Shown here: positions 27,342-38,239 of the stretch, piece after piece | How the letters are laid out: each line of letters opens with the position of its first letter | How positions within the stretch are numbered: position 1 is the stretch's first letter | Translations under genes and position numbers: made by a program | Notes under the pieces: model-generated | Told to the model about the DNA's origin: nothing | The model's database searches: none | Seen by the model: the letters and a program-made list of their open reading frames with translations, nothing else | Assembly (NCBI GenBank): GCA_964361595.1 | Contig: CAYIAX010000002.1 | Span: 7,722 to 71,721 of the forward strand | Length of the DNA stretch: 64,000 nucleotides | Origin: an uncultured Candidatus Saccharibacteria bacterium | GTDB taxonomy: Bacteria; Patescibacteriota; Minisyncoccia; UBA6257; 2-01-FULL-56-20 | Reading direction: 5' to 3'

Positions 27342-28338
27342 CTCGGCTGAAAACCTGCTGATGGCCTGGCGGGAGTTCCTTTACGGCAAGCGCGGGAAGC
27401 CGGATGTGCAGGAATTCCAAATGCGGCTTATGGATAATATTTTCGCACTGCGGGACGAACTTGTAAACAAAACCTATAAACACGGCGGCTACAAGCATTT
27501 CCGGATCTCCGACCCGAAGCCGAGAGATATCCATAAGGCAGGCGTCCGCGACCGCCTGCTCCATCATGCCGTCTACCGCATTTTATACCCGCTGTTCGAC
27601 AAGACTTTCATTACCGATTCATATTCCTGCCGGTTGGGAAAAGGGACGCACCGGGCCTTAAACAAATTCCGGGCATTTGCGTATAAAGTTAGCCAAAATA
27701 ATACAAAAACCTGCTGGGTATTGAAGTGCGACATCCGCAAGTTCTTTGCAAGCATAGATCACGAAGTCCTCGCAAGAATTCTCGAGAAATATATAAAAGA
27801 CGAGGATACGATCTGGTTGCTCCAAAAAGTCATCGAAAGTTTTTCATCCACCCGCCCGGGCGTTGGCCTTCCCCTCGGCAATCTTACCTCCCAGCTGCTC
27901 GTCAATATCTATATGAATGAATTCGACCAGTTTATGAAACACGGTTCGACAAATTTCGACTCCGAGCTCGACTCGAGGAGCTTACCGCAGGCAAGAGCGA
28001 AATATTATATCCGCTATGCGGACGATTTTGTAATTCTGTCGGATAGCAGAAAATGGCTTGAACATTTAATCCCGATCATCCAAAAATTTCTGTTTGAGAA
28101 ATTAAAATTAAACCTGCATCCGAACAAAATCTCGATTAAAACCCTGGCTTCCGGAGTTGATTATCTTGGGTGGGTTCATTTTCCCGATCACCGGGTCTTG
28201 CGGACAAGCACGAAGCGGCGGATGCTGAAGCGGATTAAAACATTGCCATCGCCGGAAACAATGAATTCATATCTGGGACTTCTAAAGCATGGGAATACGC
28301 GGAAGATAAGAAAATCCAGTTTTCAGTGGTTTGTATAA
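27292..28338 (+). CDS. DGR reverse transcriptase
   Basis: RT motifs, including the DGR-type LPLGNLTSQLLVNIYMNEFD (IGxxxSQ in place of the group-II QG) and YADDFVIL. Confidence 0.85.
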   Translation: MSFAWIMKFRNTFEEIISAENLLMAWREFLYGKRGKPDVQEFQMRLMDNIFALRDELVNKTYKHGGYKHFRISDPKPRDIHKAGVRDRLLHHAVYRILYPLFDKTFITDSYSCRLGKGTHRALNKFRAFAYKVSQNNTKTCWVLKCDIRKFFASIDHEVLARILEKYIKDEDTIWLLQKVIESFSSTRPGVGLPLGNLTSQLLVNIYMNEFDQFMKHGSTNFDSELDSRSLPQARAKYYIRYADDFVILSDSRKWLEHLIPIIQKFLFEKLKLNLHPNKISIKTLASGVDYLGWVHFPDHRVLRTSTKRRMLKRIKTLPSPETMNSYLGLLKHGNTRKIRKSSFQWFV

Positions 28339-28506
28339 CAACCCGAAAGATTGACGCAGGGAACGAGAGGCTGTATGCTTAAACCAAAGAGTCACTAATC
28401 TATGTCTTAAACGCGCCAGTGCCAAATTTGAACGTCATCACAGTTTTGGCTGCGACAAACCGCCCTGGGGCGGCAATTTGGCGTGTTGAAGAACAAATAA
28501 AAAACC

Positions 28507-30030
28507 ATGCAAATTTCGTTGCCAGTCTTAATCGGCGGATCCGTAGTTTTGCTCCTCGCGGGGTATTTTCTCCGTCGTTATCTTGCGGCGCGCGACAGTA
28601 AATCTTTAGAATCGGAAGCGGAGCGCAAGGTTCGCGAAGCGGAAACGGAAGGAAAAAAGATAATAGTCGAGGCCAAAGAAAAGGCCGCCGCGGTTTTGGG
28701 CGAAGCGCAGAAGGAAGAAAGAGAAAGAAAGAGCCAGATTACGTCCTTGGAGTCGCGCTTGTTCCAGCGCGAAGAAATGTTGGACAAGAAGCTCATCGGC
28801 CTTTCCGAAGAAGAAACCAAGTTGCGGGCTAAAAACGATGAGCTGAAGCAGGCCGAGGCCAAAGTCGAATCTTTACGCAACGATATTCTAGCCCAGCTTG
28901 AAAAAGTTGCCGGCTTGTCCAAGGAGGCAGCCCGGGAGGAACTCTTCAATCAAATTAAAAAGAAGGGGCAAGAAGACTTGGGCCAGCTTTTGCAGAAAAT
29001 TGAAAAAGAAAAGCGCGACGAGATCGAAAAGAAAGCTTTGGATGTGATCACAATCGCTCTACAGCGTTATGCGCGCTCACACGTGGCCGAGATTACCACC
29101 ACGATTTTCCCTTTAGGCGACGAAGAGCTTAAGGGCAAGATCATCGGGCGGGAAGGCAGGAACATCCGCGCCCTGGAGCGCGCAACCGGCGTAGAATTTG
29201 TGATTGACGAAACGCCCGACAGCATCATCATTTCTTCCTTTGATCCGTATCGGCGAGAAATTGCCCGCTTAGCTTTGGGCAAACTCATCAAGGACGGCCG
29301 CATCCAACCCGCGAAAATCGAAGAGAAAGTGGAGGAAGCTAAAGCTGAACTTGCAAAACGTATCGAAGAAATTGGCGAAGCGGCGGCAACCGAGGTTGGC
29401 GTCTATGACCTGCCAAAGGAAATTTTGCAGCTTTTAGGCAGACTGCATTTCCGGACGAGCTACGGCCAGAATGTGCTTGTCCATTCGATCGAAATGGCTC
29501 ATATCTCTGCAATGATGGCGGCAGAGCTGGGGCTAAACGTAGAGGTCGCTAAGAAAGGCGCGCTCGTGCATGATATCGGCAAAGCGATTGACCACGAAGT
29601 GGAAGGCACGCACGTGGAGCTCGGCATGAAAATTCTTCGCAAGTACGGCGTGAACGAAGCGGTTATCCAAGCCATGCAGTCGCACCATGAAGATTATCCG
29701 TATGCGAGCCCTGAAGCCTACATCGTAACGGCCGCGGATGCCTTATCCGCCGCGAGACCCGGCGCGCGGCGGGACAGCTTGGAAAATTACGTAAAGCGCC
29801 TTACCGATCTTGAAAAAATCGCCACGGATTTTCCCGGCGTAAAACAAGCCTATGCGATCGCGGCCGGGCGGGAATTGCGGGTTTTTGTTGTGCCGGAGAA
29901 GATTGATGACTTCCGCGCCTTGGAGCTTGCGCGTGAAATTGCCAATCGCATCCAATCCGAGTTACAATATCCTGGTGAGATTAAGGTGAATGTTATCCGT
30001 GAAATAAGAGCCGTTGAGTACGCCAGATAA
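28507..30030 (+). CDS. rny: Ribonuclease Y
   Basis: N-terminal TM helix, a KH domain (KGKIIGREGRNIRALE) and an HD domain (HSIEMAHISAMMA...LVHDIGK). Confidence 0.85.
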   Translation: MQISLPVLIGGSVVLLLAGYFLRRYLAARDSKSLESEAERKVREAETEGKKIIVEAKEKAAAVLGEAQKEERERKSQITSLESRLFQREEMLDKKLIGLSEEETKLRAKNDELKQAEAKVESLRNDILAQLEKVAGLSKEAAREELFNQIKKKGQEDLGQLLQKIEKEKRDEIEKKALDVITIALQRYARSHVAEITTTIFPLGDEELKGKIIGREGRNIRALERATGVEFVIDETPDSIIISSFDPYRREIARLALGKLIKDGRIQPAKIEEKVEEAKAELAKRIEEIGEAAATEVGVYDLPKEILQLLGRLHFRTSYGQNVLVHSIEMAHISAMMAAELGLNVEVAKKGALVHDIGKAIDHEVEGTHVELGMKILRKYGVNEAVIQAMQSHHEDYPYASPEAYIVTAADALSAARPGARRDSLENYVKRLTDLEKIATDFPGVKQAYAIAAGRELRVFVVPEKIDDFRALELAREIANRIQSELQYPGEIKVNVIREIRAVEYAR

Positions 30031-30125
30031 TAGCAATCAATTTCTAATTTCCAATTACTAATTTCCAAATGTGGTTACCGTGCGGCGTTTTGAAGATTAG
30101 AAATTGGATATTGGAAATTTAACTT

Positions 30126-31475
30126 ATGCTGCTTAAACTTTCCCGCTTTTTTGTTTACACCGCTGTTTTCAGCGTTGTTGTAGTTTTGGCGAGGACATTT
30201 TTCCCTTTCATCGGAGGCAAATACTATTTTTTCCGAATTTGCGTGGAGCTGGGGATAATATTTTTCGCCCTTTGGTGGGGGTTTGAAGCTTCAGCCGGAG
30301 AGGTAAAAAAGCTTTTCAAACCGTTGCTCAAAAATCCGCTTTTCATTCTGGTTTCAGTTTTCGCTATCGTTTTCGTGCTGGCTGCACTTTTTGCTGACGA
30401 TCCCAAAGTAGCTTTCTGGTCAAATTATGAGCGAGGGGAGGGCGGATTCCAAATGTTGCATTATTACGCTTTCTTCCTTTTGCTCGTATTGCTTTTTCGA
30501 GACGAGCAGAAATGGAAAACTCTTTTTGTGTATTCTTTGGTTGCAGCGGCCTTAATGATTGGTTACGGATTGATCGCGCAACTAGGTTCGACTGGGAGTA
30601 TAACTTTTATAAGTCCTTACGGAGCAGATCCTCCTCCTACTTTTTGGGGAAAGCTCGCATCTGCTAGATTTCAGGGTTCCCTGGGTAACCCCGCTTATGT
30701 AGCGCCGTATTTGATGTTCGCGATTTTTTTTGCTTTATATCTTTGGCTTGCGCCGCTGACAAAAAAAATCTGGAGCTGGCGCGGAGTCGGCTACATCGCA
30801 CTCGCCCTCTCCTTCCTTTTCTTTTTCGTTTTGAGCCAAACGCGCGGAGCGCTCTTGGGCTTGGGCGCCTCTTTGATCCTTTACTTTTTGATTCTCGCTC
30901 TTTCGCGGCAAAATTTCCGCAAACCCGCCTTGCTGGGCCTCGCGATTGTCCTCGTGGCGGGAGGGCTACTTATAGCCAATCGCAATTCCGGCTTCGTGCG
31001 CGCCTTGCCGGGCTCCAGGATTTTTAACATTTCTTTTGGAGAACAAACTGTAAAAACCCGGCTTTGGACCTGGGGTTCGGCGTGGCGCGGCTTCAAAGAT
31101 AGGCCGATTTTGGGCTGGGGGCCGGAAAATTTCAGCACGGTTTTCGACAAACACTTCGACATAAGACACTATATACCCGGCCAAAATTCAGAAACTTGGT
31201 TTGATCGCGCACACGGCGTTCTCTTTGACTACTTAGCAGAAACAGGGATCTTGGGACTTTTAGCCTACATCGGAATTTTTGCCGCTTTCGCTTGGGAATT
31301 CTTCAAAAATGGCTTGAGCAATGGGCGCTCGCCGGCCGCCGCCGCGCTTTTCCCGGCGATCTTGGGCGGTTACCTCGTGCAGGGGTTGGTGCTTTTCGAT
31401 GTGCTGCCGATTTACTTAAATATTTTTATCGTGCTCGCAATGAGCGTGTACATTTTTAGCCATGAATCCCGTTAG
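30126..31475 (+). CDS. O-antigen ligase/polymerase-family (Wzy_C-like) membrane protein
   Basis: At least 10 TM helices and an SQTRGALLGL loop motif. Confidence 0.55.
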   Translation: MLLKLSRFFVYTAVFSVVVVLARTFFPFIGGKYYFFRICVELGIIFFALWWGFEASAGEVKKLFKPLLKNPLFILVSVFAIVFVLAALFADDPKVAFWSNYERGEGGFQMLHYYAFFLLLVLLFRDEQKWKTLFVYSLVAAALMIGYGLIAQLGSTGSITFISPYGADPPPTFWGKLASARFQGSLGNPAYVAPYLMFAIFFALYLWLAPLTKKIWSWRGVGYIALALSFLFFFVLSQTRGALLGLGASLILYFLILALSRQNFRKPALLGLAIVLVAGGLLIANRNSGFVRALPGSRIFNISFGEQTVKTRLWTWGSAWRGFKDRPILGWGPENFSTVFDKHFDIRHYIPGQNSETWFDRAHGVLFDYLAETGILGLLAYIGIFAAFAWEFFKNGLSNGRSPAAAALFPAILGGYLVQGLVLFDVLPIYLNIFIVLAMSVYIFSHESR

Positions 31476-31575
31476 AAAATTAACAAAAATGTTAATCTCA
31501 CAAGCAAAAGTTTTTATCTGCAATAATTCCTTTCAGTCGAAAGGATGGCTTCGTAATTTTCTAACGGGATGAATC
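31461..31575 (+). repeat. ATGA-bounded ~115-nt hairpin element, copy B. Termini are ATGAATCCCGTTAGAAAATTA ... TAATTTTCTAACGGGATGAATCC.
   Basis: The 5' end encodes the last codons and stop of the upstream gene (cat gaa tcc cgt tag). The 3' ATG is the start of the 31569 ORF. 15-bp perfect stem. Confidence 0.55.
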
Positions 31576-32186
31576 CTGCCATTAAAAAAACAATCAGCAT
31601 CCTGATCGTCGCGGGGCTTGTGGCCGTGGCAATCTACGGCTCCATACTTCCGTACCGCAAATCCGGGGCCTTCATCGAGGCCATGCGCAGGTTAAACTCC
31701 GCCAAGTCGCTCGATGAATTCAAAACCATCATGTCGCGTCCGCTTGAGATGACTTCGCCGATCGGACAGGACGAACTTGTCCGCAACTTGGCGAGCGTAG
31801 TCACAAATCTAGTGGAACGCAACGGCCAAGGCAGGCCCGAATTTGTGGCCTCCGTGATTGAATATTTGCAAGGTTACTACGATCCAATTATAAGCTATGG
31901 GAAAGGCCCGAGTTTTTCCCAGAATCTTTACGTGTTGGGCATTTTGAACGAGATCGCGTTTTTGCAAACCCAAGATAAGGCTTATCTTGCGGCCGCCAAG
32001 AATTATTTCAGCCGCGGCCATGAGTTGGGCCCGCGGCGGCCGCAATTCCTCTATGGCCTTTTTGACGTATATCGAGCCGAAGGCGATACTCAAAAAGCGG
32101 TGGAAATCGCGAATCAAATCTTGACGTATTGGCCGAACGATACGCAGATCAAAAGCCTTTTAGGAGGTACGCCGCCGCAGCGTTAA
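31569..32186 (+). CDS. N-terminally anchored hypothetical protein
   Basis: One TM helix, then a helical soluble domain. 205 aa. Confidence 0.4.
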   Translation: MNPAIKKTISILIVAGLVAVAIYGSILPYRKSGAFIEAMRRLNSAKSLDEFKTIMSRPLEMTSPIGQDELVRNLASVVTNLVERNGQGRPEFVASVIEYLQGYYDPIISYGKGPSFSQNLYVLGILNEIAFLQTQDKAYLAAAKNYFSRGHELGPRRPQFLYGLFDVYRAEGDTQKAVEIANQILTYWPNDTQIKSLLGGTPPQR

Positions 32187-32238
32187 CCCCTAAGCTTGGT
32201 TGACAATCAGAGGTGTAAGTTTTAAGGTATTCGGACAA

Positions 32239-33312
32239 ATGAAGAAAGCTCTAATTTTTGGCATTACCGGTCAAGACGGCAGTTATTTAGCCGAGTTTTT
32301 GCTCAAGAAGGGATATGAAGTGCACGGTGTTATGCGCCGCGCTTCTACCTTCAACACCGCTCGGATTGATCATATTTACCAGGATCCGCACGAGGCCGGC
32401 AAGCGGCTGATTCTCCATTACGGTGACTTGGCGGACGCGAATACGGTGCGCAAACTCATCTATAAAGTCCAGCCGGAGGAAATATACAATCTGGGCGCCC
32501 AATCGCACGTGCGCGTCAGTTTCGATATCCCCGAGTACACCGCGAACATAACTGGGGTGGGAACTTTGCGCGTGCTTGAAGCCGTTAAGGATTACGAAGA
32601 ATATGTCGGCAAGAAAGTGAGATTTTATCAAGCTTCGAGTTCGGAAATGTTCGGCGCCGCGCCGCCGCCGCAGAACGAATTAACTAGGTTTGAGCCAAGA
32701 AGCCCTTATGGCGTAGCCAAGGTTTTTGCCTATCACACGACAAAAAATTATCGCGAGGCCTACGGAATCTTTGCCGTGAACGGGATCCTTTTTAATCACG
32801 AGTCTCCGCGCCGCGGCGAAACTTTTGTAACCCGCAAAATTACGCGAGGCATAGCGAGAATTTTGGCGGGCTTGGATAAAAAGATCTATTTGGGAAATTT
32901 GGATGCCCGTCGCGATTGGGGATATGCGCCGGAATTCGTGGAAGCGATGTGGCTGATGCTCCAGCAGGAAAAGCCAAACGATTACGTGATTGGTACGGGG
33001 CAAAGCCATTCCGTCCGTGATTTAGTGGCCATGGCCTTTAAAGAGGCTGGCTTGAGCGATTGGGAATCTTATATCGGCATCGACCCCCGTTACTACCGGC
33101 CGGCGGAAGTGGAAAACCTGATTGCCGACCCGACGAAAGCCCACAAAGAACTCAATTGGCAGCATAAAACTTCCTTCGAAGAGTTGATTCGCATGATGCT
33201 TAAACACGATTTGGAACTGCTTGGCTTGCGGGAGGCAGCTGAAAAAATTAATGCCAAATCCGAAAAGGAATCGGAGATCGTGAAGGCTGCCGACCAGATC
33301 CGGACTGCTTAA
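32239..33312 (+). CDS. gmd: GDP-mannose 4,6-dehydratase
   Basis: [22 protein letters not shown] and the Gmd core with YxxxK. Confidence 0.85.
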   Translation: MKKALIFGITGQDGSYLAEFLLKKGYEVHGVMRRASTFNTARIDHIYQDPHEAGKRLILHYGDLADANTVRKLIYKVQPEEIYNLGAQSHVRVSFDIPEYTANITGVGTLRVLEAVKDYEEYVGKKVRFYQASSSEMFGAAPPPQNELTRFEPRSPYGVAKVFAYHTTKNYREAYGIFAVNGILFNHESPRRGETFVTRKITRGIARILAGLDKKIYLGNLDARRDWGYAPEFVEAMWLMLQQEKPNDYVIGTGQSHSVRDLVAMAFKEAGLSDWESYIGIDPRYYRPAEVENLIADPTKAHKELNWQHKTSFEELIRMMLKHDLELLGLREAAEKINAKSEKESEIVKAADQIRTA

Positions 33313-33764
33313 TGGGGGCTCGCCGCTTCATACCTGCCGCTTTGTATAAAAAAATCCTTGCCGCCGTTCCGATTCCTTGCGTGGATGTCGTGATTGCGAA
33401 CGGAAGAAAATTTCTCTTGGTAAAAAGAAAAAATAAACCCGCGCAGAGGAAATGGTGGTTTATCGGCGGCCGCATTTTCAAAGGAGAAACTTTGCAAAGA
33501 GCATTGCGCCGAAAGTTAAATGAGGAAAGCGACATTAAAATTTTCCGCGTGAAGAAGTTGCTTGCGGCCCAAGAAACTATTTTTAAAAGCAGCGCCTTCG
33601 GTGTGCCCGCGCACACGGTCAATTCGGTATTTTTGGTTGAGACAAAAGAGCCAGGAAGCATGACCAAGCATAGCGATTATCACGAGTTTCGATGGTTTAC
33701 GCGCATAAACAAAAGTTGGCCGCTTTACGTTAAAAAAATGCTGCGGCTGGCGGGATTTAAATAA
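33312..33764 (+). CDS. gmm: NUDIX hydrolase, GDP-mannose mannosyl hydrolase-like
   Basis: Nudix fold (WWFIGGRIFKGETLQRALRRKLNEE). Located between gmd and fcl. Confidence 0.55.
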   Translation: MGARRFIPAALYKKILAAVPIPCVDVVIANGRKFLLVKRKNKPAQRKWWFIGGRIFKGETLQRALRRKLNEESDIKIFRVKKLLAAQETIFKSSAFGVPAHTVNSVFLVETKEPGSMTKHSDYHEFRWFTRINKSWPLYVKKMLRLAGFK

Positions 33765-33793
33765 ATAAAAAAGCTGCGGCCACGGGGGCGCAG

Positions 33794-34504
33794 CTAGTGA
33801 TTCAGAGCCCACTTTTCATAGTAAGCTCCTAATGCGGCTTTCAAATCTTCCTCCACTCGATTCTCGATCCCTTCGCGCTCGGCGATATCGCGCCCGAGGA
33901 GTCGCAGAAAATCGAGAAAGAACCTCAAGTAGGCTGGGTTGATGAGAGCGCGCGCTTCATCCGAAGGCAGCATACCAACCCATTCCAGGTTCCAGAAGAA
34001 AAATTTGAAAACGCAAGGCCGCATCGTCCTGAAGCCAAAGGGCTGGCTCCTGTCGTAGAGCGGCAGCTCATGGCCTCGGTGGGCGGCGCTGGCAATGATG
34101 TTGAGCGGCGTGAACCGCTCAACCCTGTCTGCAATCCGCAGCGCGGTTAGGAGCGACGAATCCGCTGGCTCATCCAACCGCTTCGAATGCTGCAGTATCG
34201 CATCGACGATGCGGTTTCTGCTTGCTTCGTTGAACGGACTGCGGCCCAGAATGGCGCCGAGATACTGCTTGAGGCCGCCTGCCCTTTGGATTTCGGGTTG
34301 AAGGGCGAAGCAGCGGTCAAGGTTGTGTAACCAAGACGCGACCCGGTACTCCTCGGGATCGAAGCTTAAGAATTGCGCAATCCGCAAGCCGAGTTTTTCG
34401 ATTGCGCAGACGTGGATCAGATCGTGCCCGCCTTCGCCATGCGGCGAGACATAGATAGGACTCAACCAAGCCTGGATGGCTTGGGCGAATTCAGTCATAA
34501 CCAC
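33794..34504 (-). CDS. Hypothetical protein, possible HD-domain phosphohydrolase
   Basis: An H..HD-like motif (HGEGGHDLIHV). Confidence 0.35.
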   Translation of the reverse strand: MVMTEFAQAIQAWLSPIYVSPHGEGGHDLIHVCAIEKLGLRIAQFLSFDPEEYRVASWLHNLDRCFALQPEIQRAGGLKQYLGAILGRSPFNEASRNRIVDAILQHSKRLDEPADSSLLTALRIADRVERFTPLNIIASAAHRGHELPLYDRSQPFGFRTMRPCVFKFFFWNLEWVGMLPSDEARALINPAYLRFFLDFLRLLGRDIAEREGIENRVEEDLKAALGAYYEKWALNH

Positions 34505-34555
34505 CCTCCTTCGCTGGCCACATTATACGCTTTTTTTCAGTTCTGTAAAGGTTGA

Positions 34556-35530
<975 letters not shown>

Positions 35531-35536
35531 CGATTT

Positions 35537-36289
35537 ATGAATCCGGACGACTTAAAGCGCATCCGCGTTGATATTCTGGAAATGATTCATGCGGCCGGCG
35601 AAGGGCACCTGGCCAGCTCTTTTTCCGTCGTGGAATTGCTTTACGCAATCTATGCGGGGATGGACAAAAACGACTCGTTTTTTTTGAGCAAGGGCCATGC
35701 TAGCGCCGCGCTCTTTGCGGTACTTGCGCATTTCGGGCACATCGACCGGAAAGAGCTGGCCGGTTATTGCAAATACGACTCGCGGCTCGGCGGGCATCCA
35801 TATAGAATTTCTCAAGCGGTGATGGCCGCGACCGGTTCTTTGGGGCACGGTTTTCCGATGGCGGCCGGATATGCTCTGGCTAAGAAAATAAAAAACGAAC
35901 CCGGCCGGGTTTTTTGCCTGGTTGGCGACGGCGAAACGAACGAAGGCAGTATCTGGGAGACGGCGATGTATACCGAACAGCTGGGCTTGAAAAACCTGGT
36001 TTGCGTGATTGACGAAAATAATTCCCAAGTGCGGGCAAAAGTTTCGGTTAACATCCAGCGGAAATTCGAAGCCTTTGGCTGGCAGACGGCAAGCGTGGAC
36101 GGACACAACCTGCAGGCGATCAATAAGGCCATATTTTCTCCCGCAGCCGTAACTTCTCCTTACTGCGTCGTTGCGCATACGGTCAAAGGCAAAGGCGTAA
36201 AACAGGTGGAAGCCGACATGTTTTCCTGGCACCATAAAGCGCCAACCGAGGCGGAACTCCAAGAGTTCAAAAAGGAAATATTTTCATGA
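35537..36289 (+). CDS. Transketolase, N-terminal (TPP-binding) subunit
   Basis: Split-transketolase N-terminal motifs (GHASAALFAVLAHFG, GSLGHGFP). Confidence 0.8.
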   Translation: MNPDDLKRIRVDILEMIHAAGEGHLASSFSVVELLYAIYAGMDKNDSFFLSKGHASAALFAVLAHFGHIDRKELAGYCKYDSRLGGHPYRISQAVMAATGSLGHGFPMAAGYALAKKIKNEPGRVFCLVGDGETNEGSIWETAMYTEQLGLKNLVCVIDENNSQVRAKVSVNIQRKFEAFGWQTASVDGHNLQAINKAIFSPAAVTSPYCVVAHTVKGKGVKQVEADMFSWHHKAPTEAELQEFKKEIFS

Positions 36290-37203
36290 GAAAACAATTT
36301 GCAAAAACAATGCAGGAGCTTGGCGCTGACGAGAGGTTGGTTATTCTCATCGGCGACATTAGCCATTATTTGCTCAAGGATTTTGCCGAAAAATATCCGC
36401 GGCGTTTTTACAATATGGGAGTTGCCGAACAGGCGATGATGAGCATGGCGGCGGGCCTCGCGATGCACGGTTTCACTCCCGTCGTACACAGCATTACGCC
36501 ATTCGTGACGGAGCGCTGTTTCGAACAAATCAAAGACGACGTTTGCTACCAGCATTTGGGCGTGAAAATTGTAAGCGTTGGCAGCGCTTTTGACTACGCT
36601 TCGCTCGGCTGCACCCATCATTGCTATGATGACTTAGCCATCCTGCGGGCCCTGCCGCATATGCAAATTATTTACCCGGCCTCGCCTCAAGAGTTCGATG
36701 TTTTATTCAAGGAAACTTTTAGAAACGGCGAGCCGACGTACTTCCGACTGCCGGCCAAAACCCACGGCTTGGAAACGCATCCGCGTTTCGGCGAAGCCGA
36801 GAAGTTGAAATCCGGCGAAGATGTAACCATAATTGCTATTGGCCCACAGGTGGCGAACGCTTATGAAGCCGCCGGTACTTTATCCGGAATGGGAATCACT
36901 TGCGATTTGATTTATCTTTCGACCATTAAACCCATCTCCGCGGCGTCGCAGGAAATGATCCGCGAGAGTTTGAATCGGACCGGTGCGCTCATTACCGTCG
37001 AGGAACACTCGATTATCGGCGGCGTTGCCGACGCAATTGCGGCGATCGGACAGGGAATTAAATACGAAGAGCGGCGTTTGGGCATCCGCGACAAGTTTTT
37101 GACAAACTATGGAACCTACGAAGAACACTGCGAAGCCAACGGTTTGACCAAAAACGGAATTATCAAAACCGTTCATGAAATTAAGTCAAAAAATAATTCA
37201 TAG
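36286..37203 (+). CDS. Transketolase, C-terminal (pyrimidine-binding) subunit
   Basis: Transketolase Pyr and C-terminal domains. Start overlaps the upstream stop (ATGA). Confidence 0.8.
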   Translation: MRKQFAKTMQELGADERLVILIGDISHYLLKDFAEKYPRRFYNMGVAEQAMMSMAAGLAMHGFTPVVHSITPFVTERCFEQIKDDVCYQHLGVKIVSVGSAFDYASLGCTHHCYDDLAILRALPHMQIIYPASPQEFDVLFKETFRNGEPTYFRLPAKTHGLETHPRFGEAEKLKSGEDVTIIAIGPQVANAYEAAGTLSGMGITCDLIYLSTIKPISAASQEMIRESLNRTGALITVEEHSIIGGVADAIAAIGQGIKYEERRLGIRDKFLTNYGTYEEHCEANGLTKNGIIKTVHEIKSKNNS

Positions 37204-38239
37204 CGACATCAAGAGCATTTGCGACACGAGCGACTTAAGCGAGTTGCGCGGCAAGAGCATTATGATTGCGGGAGCTAACGGCCTCATCGGCGCCTACTTA
37301 AGCCACCTGATCAATTATTTGAATGAGAATTTTGATTACAATATTCAAGCCGATCTCATCACACGGGGAGAAATCACGCCCGAAAAGCGCATCTATGACT
37401 TAAAGGACGCCAAGAACTTCAACCTGATCCAGCAGGATTTGGCGAAGCCGGCTGTCTATGTGAAAAAATATGATTATATCGTGCATGCTGCGGGCTACGG
37501 CGCTCCCAGCAGGTTTTTACAGGAACCGCTTAACGTCATCGATGTGAACTACATCGGCCTCAAGAGCATTCTGGAGAGCTACCGGCAGGTTAATCCGGCA
37601 GCAAAAATTTTATATTTAAGCAGCAGCGAGATTTACGGTTCGCCGCCGGCAGACCAGATCCCCACCGTGGAAACTTATGAAGGCAGAAGTTCGGTTTTAA
37701 ACAACCGCGCTTGTTATATCGAATCAAAGCGGCTCTCGGAGGTGCTGGCTTTGGCTTACATCAACCTCTATAAAATGAACGTTAAAATCGCCCGTCCGGC
37801 GCTTTCCTATGGCCCCGGTTTGTCCTTCGACGACCAGCGGGTAATCGGCCAGTTCATGAAAAAAGCTCATACCTTAAAGACAATCGAGATGATTGACGAC
37901 GGCAGGGACCTCCGCTGTTTCTGCTATATTTCCGATGTCATAAAACAGCTTGTGCATATTCTTTTGTTCGGCAAAGACGTGATTTACAACGTGGGCTCTT
38001 CGCAGGAAGAAATCAGCATTAAAGATTTGGCGATGATGATCGGGGAACTTATGTCCGCCCAAGCGGTGGTCGGCCGCGGGAAAACCACCGAGGTCATCGG
38101 AGCGCCCAACCGCGTTTGTTTGGATATGCGAAAACTGGAATTTGAATTCAACTTCAAGCCGACCGTGAAAATGAAGGAGGGGCTCCAGCGGACGATCGAA
38201 TGGAATTTGGCGGTGGAAGCGGAAAAGCAAAAAGCATGA
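37175..38239 (+). CDS. NAD-dependent sugar epimerase/dehydratase (extended SDR)
   Basis: IMIAGANGLIGAYL Rossmann motif and a YxxxK motif. Confidence 0.6.
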   Translation: MKLSQKIIHSDIKSICDTSDLSELRGKSIMIAGANGLIGAYLSHLINYLNENFDYNIQADLITRGEITPEKRIYDLKDAKNFNLIQQDLAKPAVYVKKYDYIVHAAGYGAPSRFLQEPLNVIDVNYIGLKSILESYRQVNPAAKILYLSSSEIYGSPPADQIPTVETYEGRSSVLNNRACYIESKRLSEVLALAYINLYKMNVKIARPALSYGPGLSFDDQRVIGQFMKKAHTLKTIEMIDDGRDLRCFCYISDVIKQLVHILLFGKDVIYNVGSSQEEISIKDLAMMIGELMSAQAVVGRGKTTEVIGAPNRVCLDMRKLEFEFNFKPTVKMKEGLQRTIEWNLAVEAEKQKA

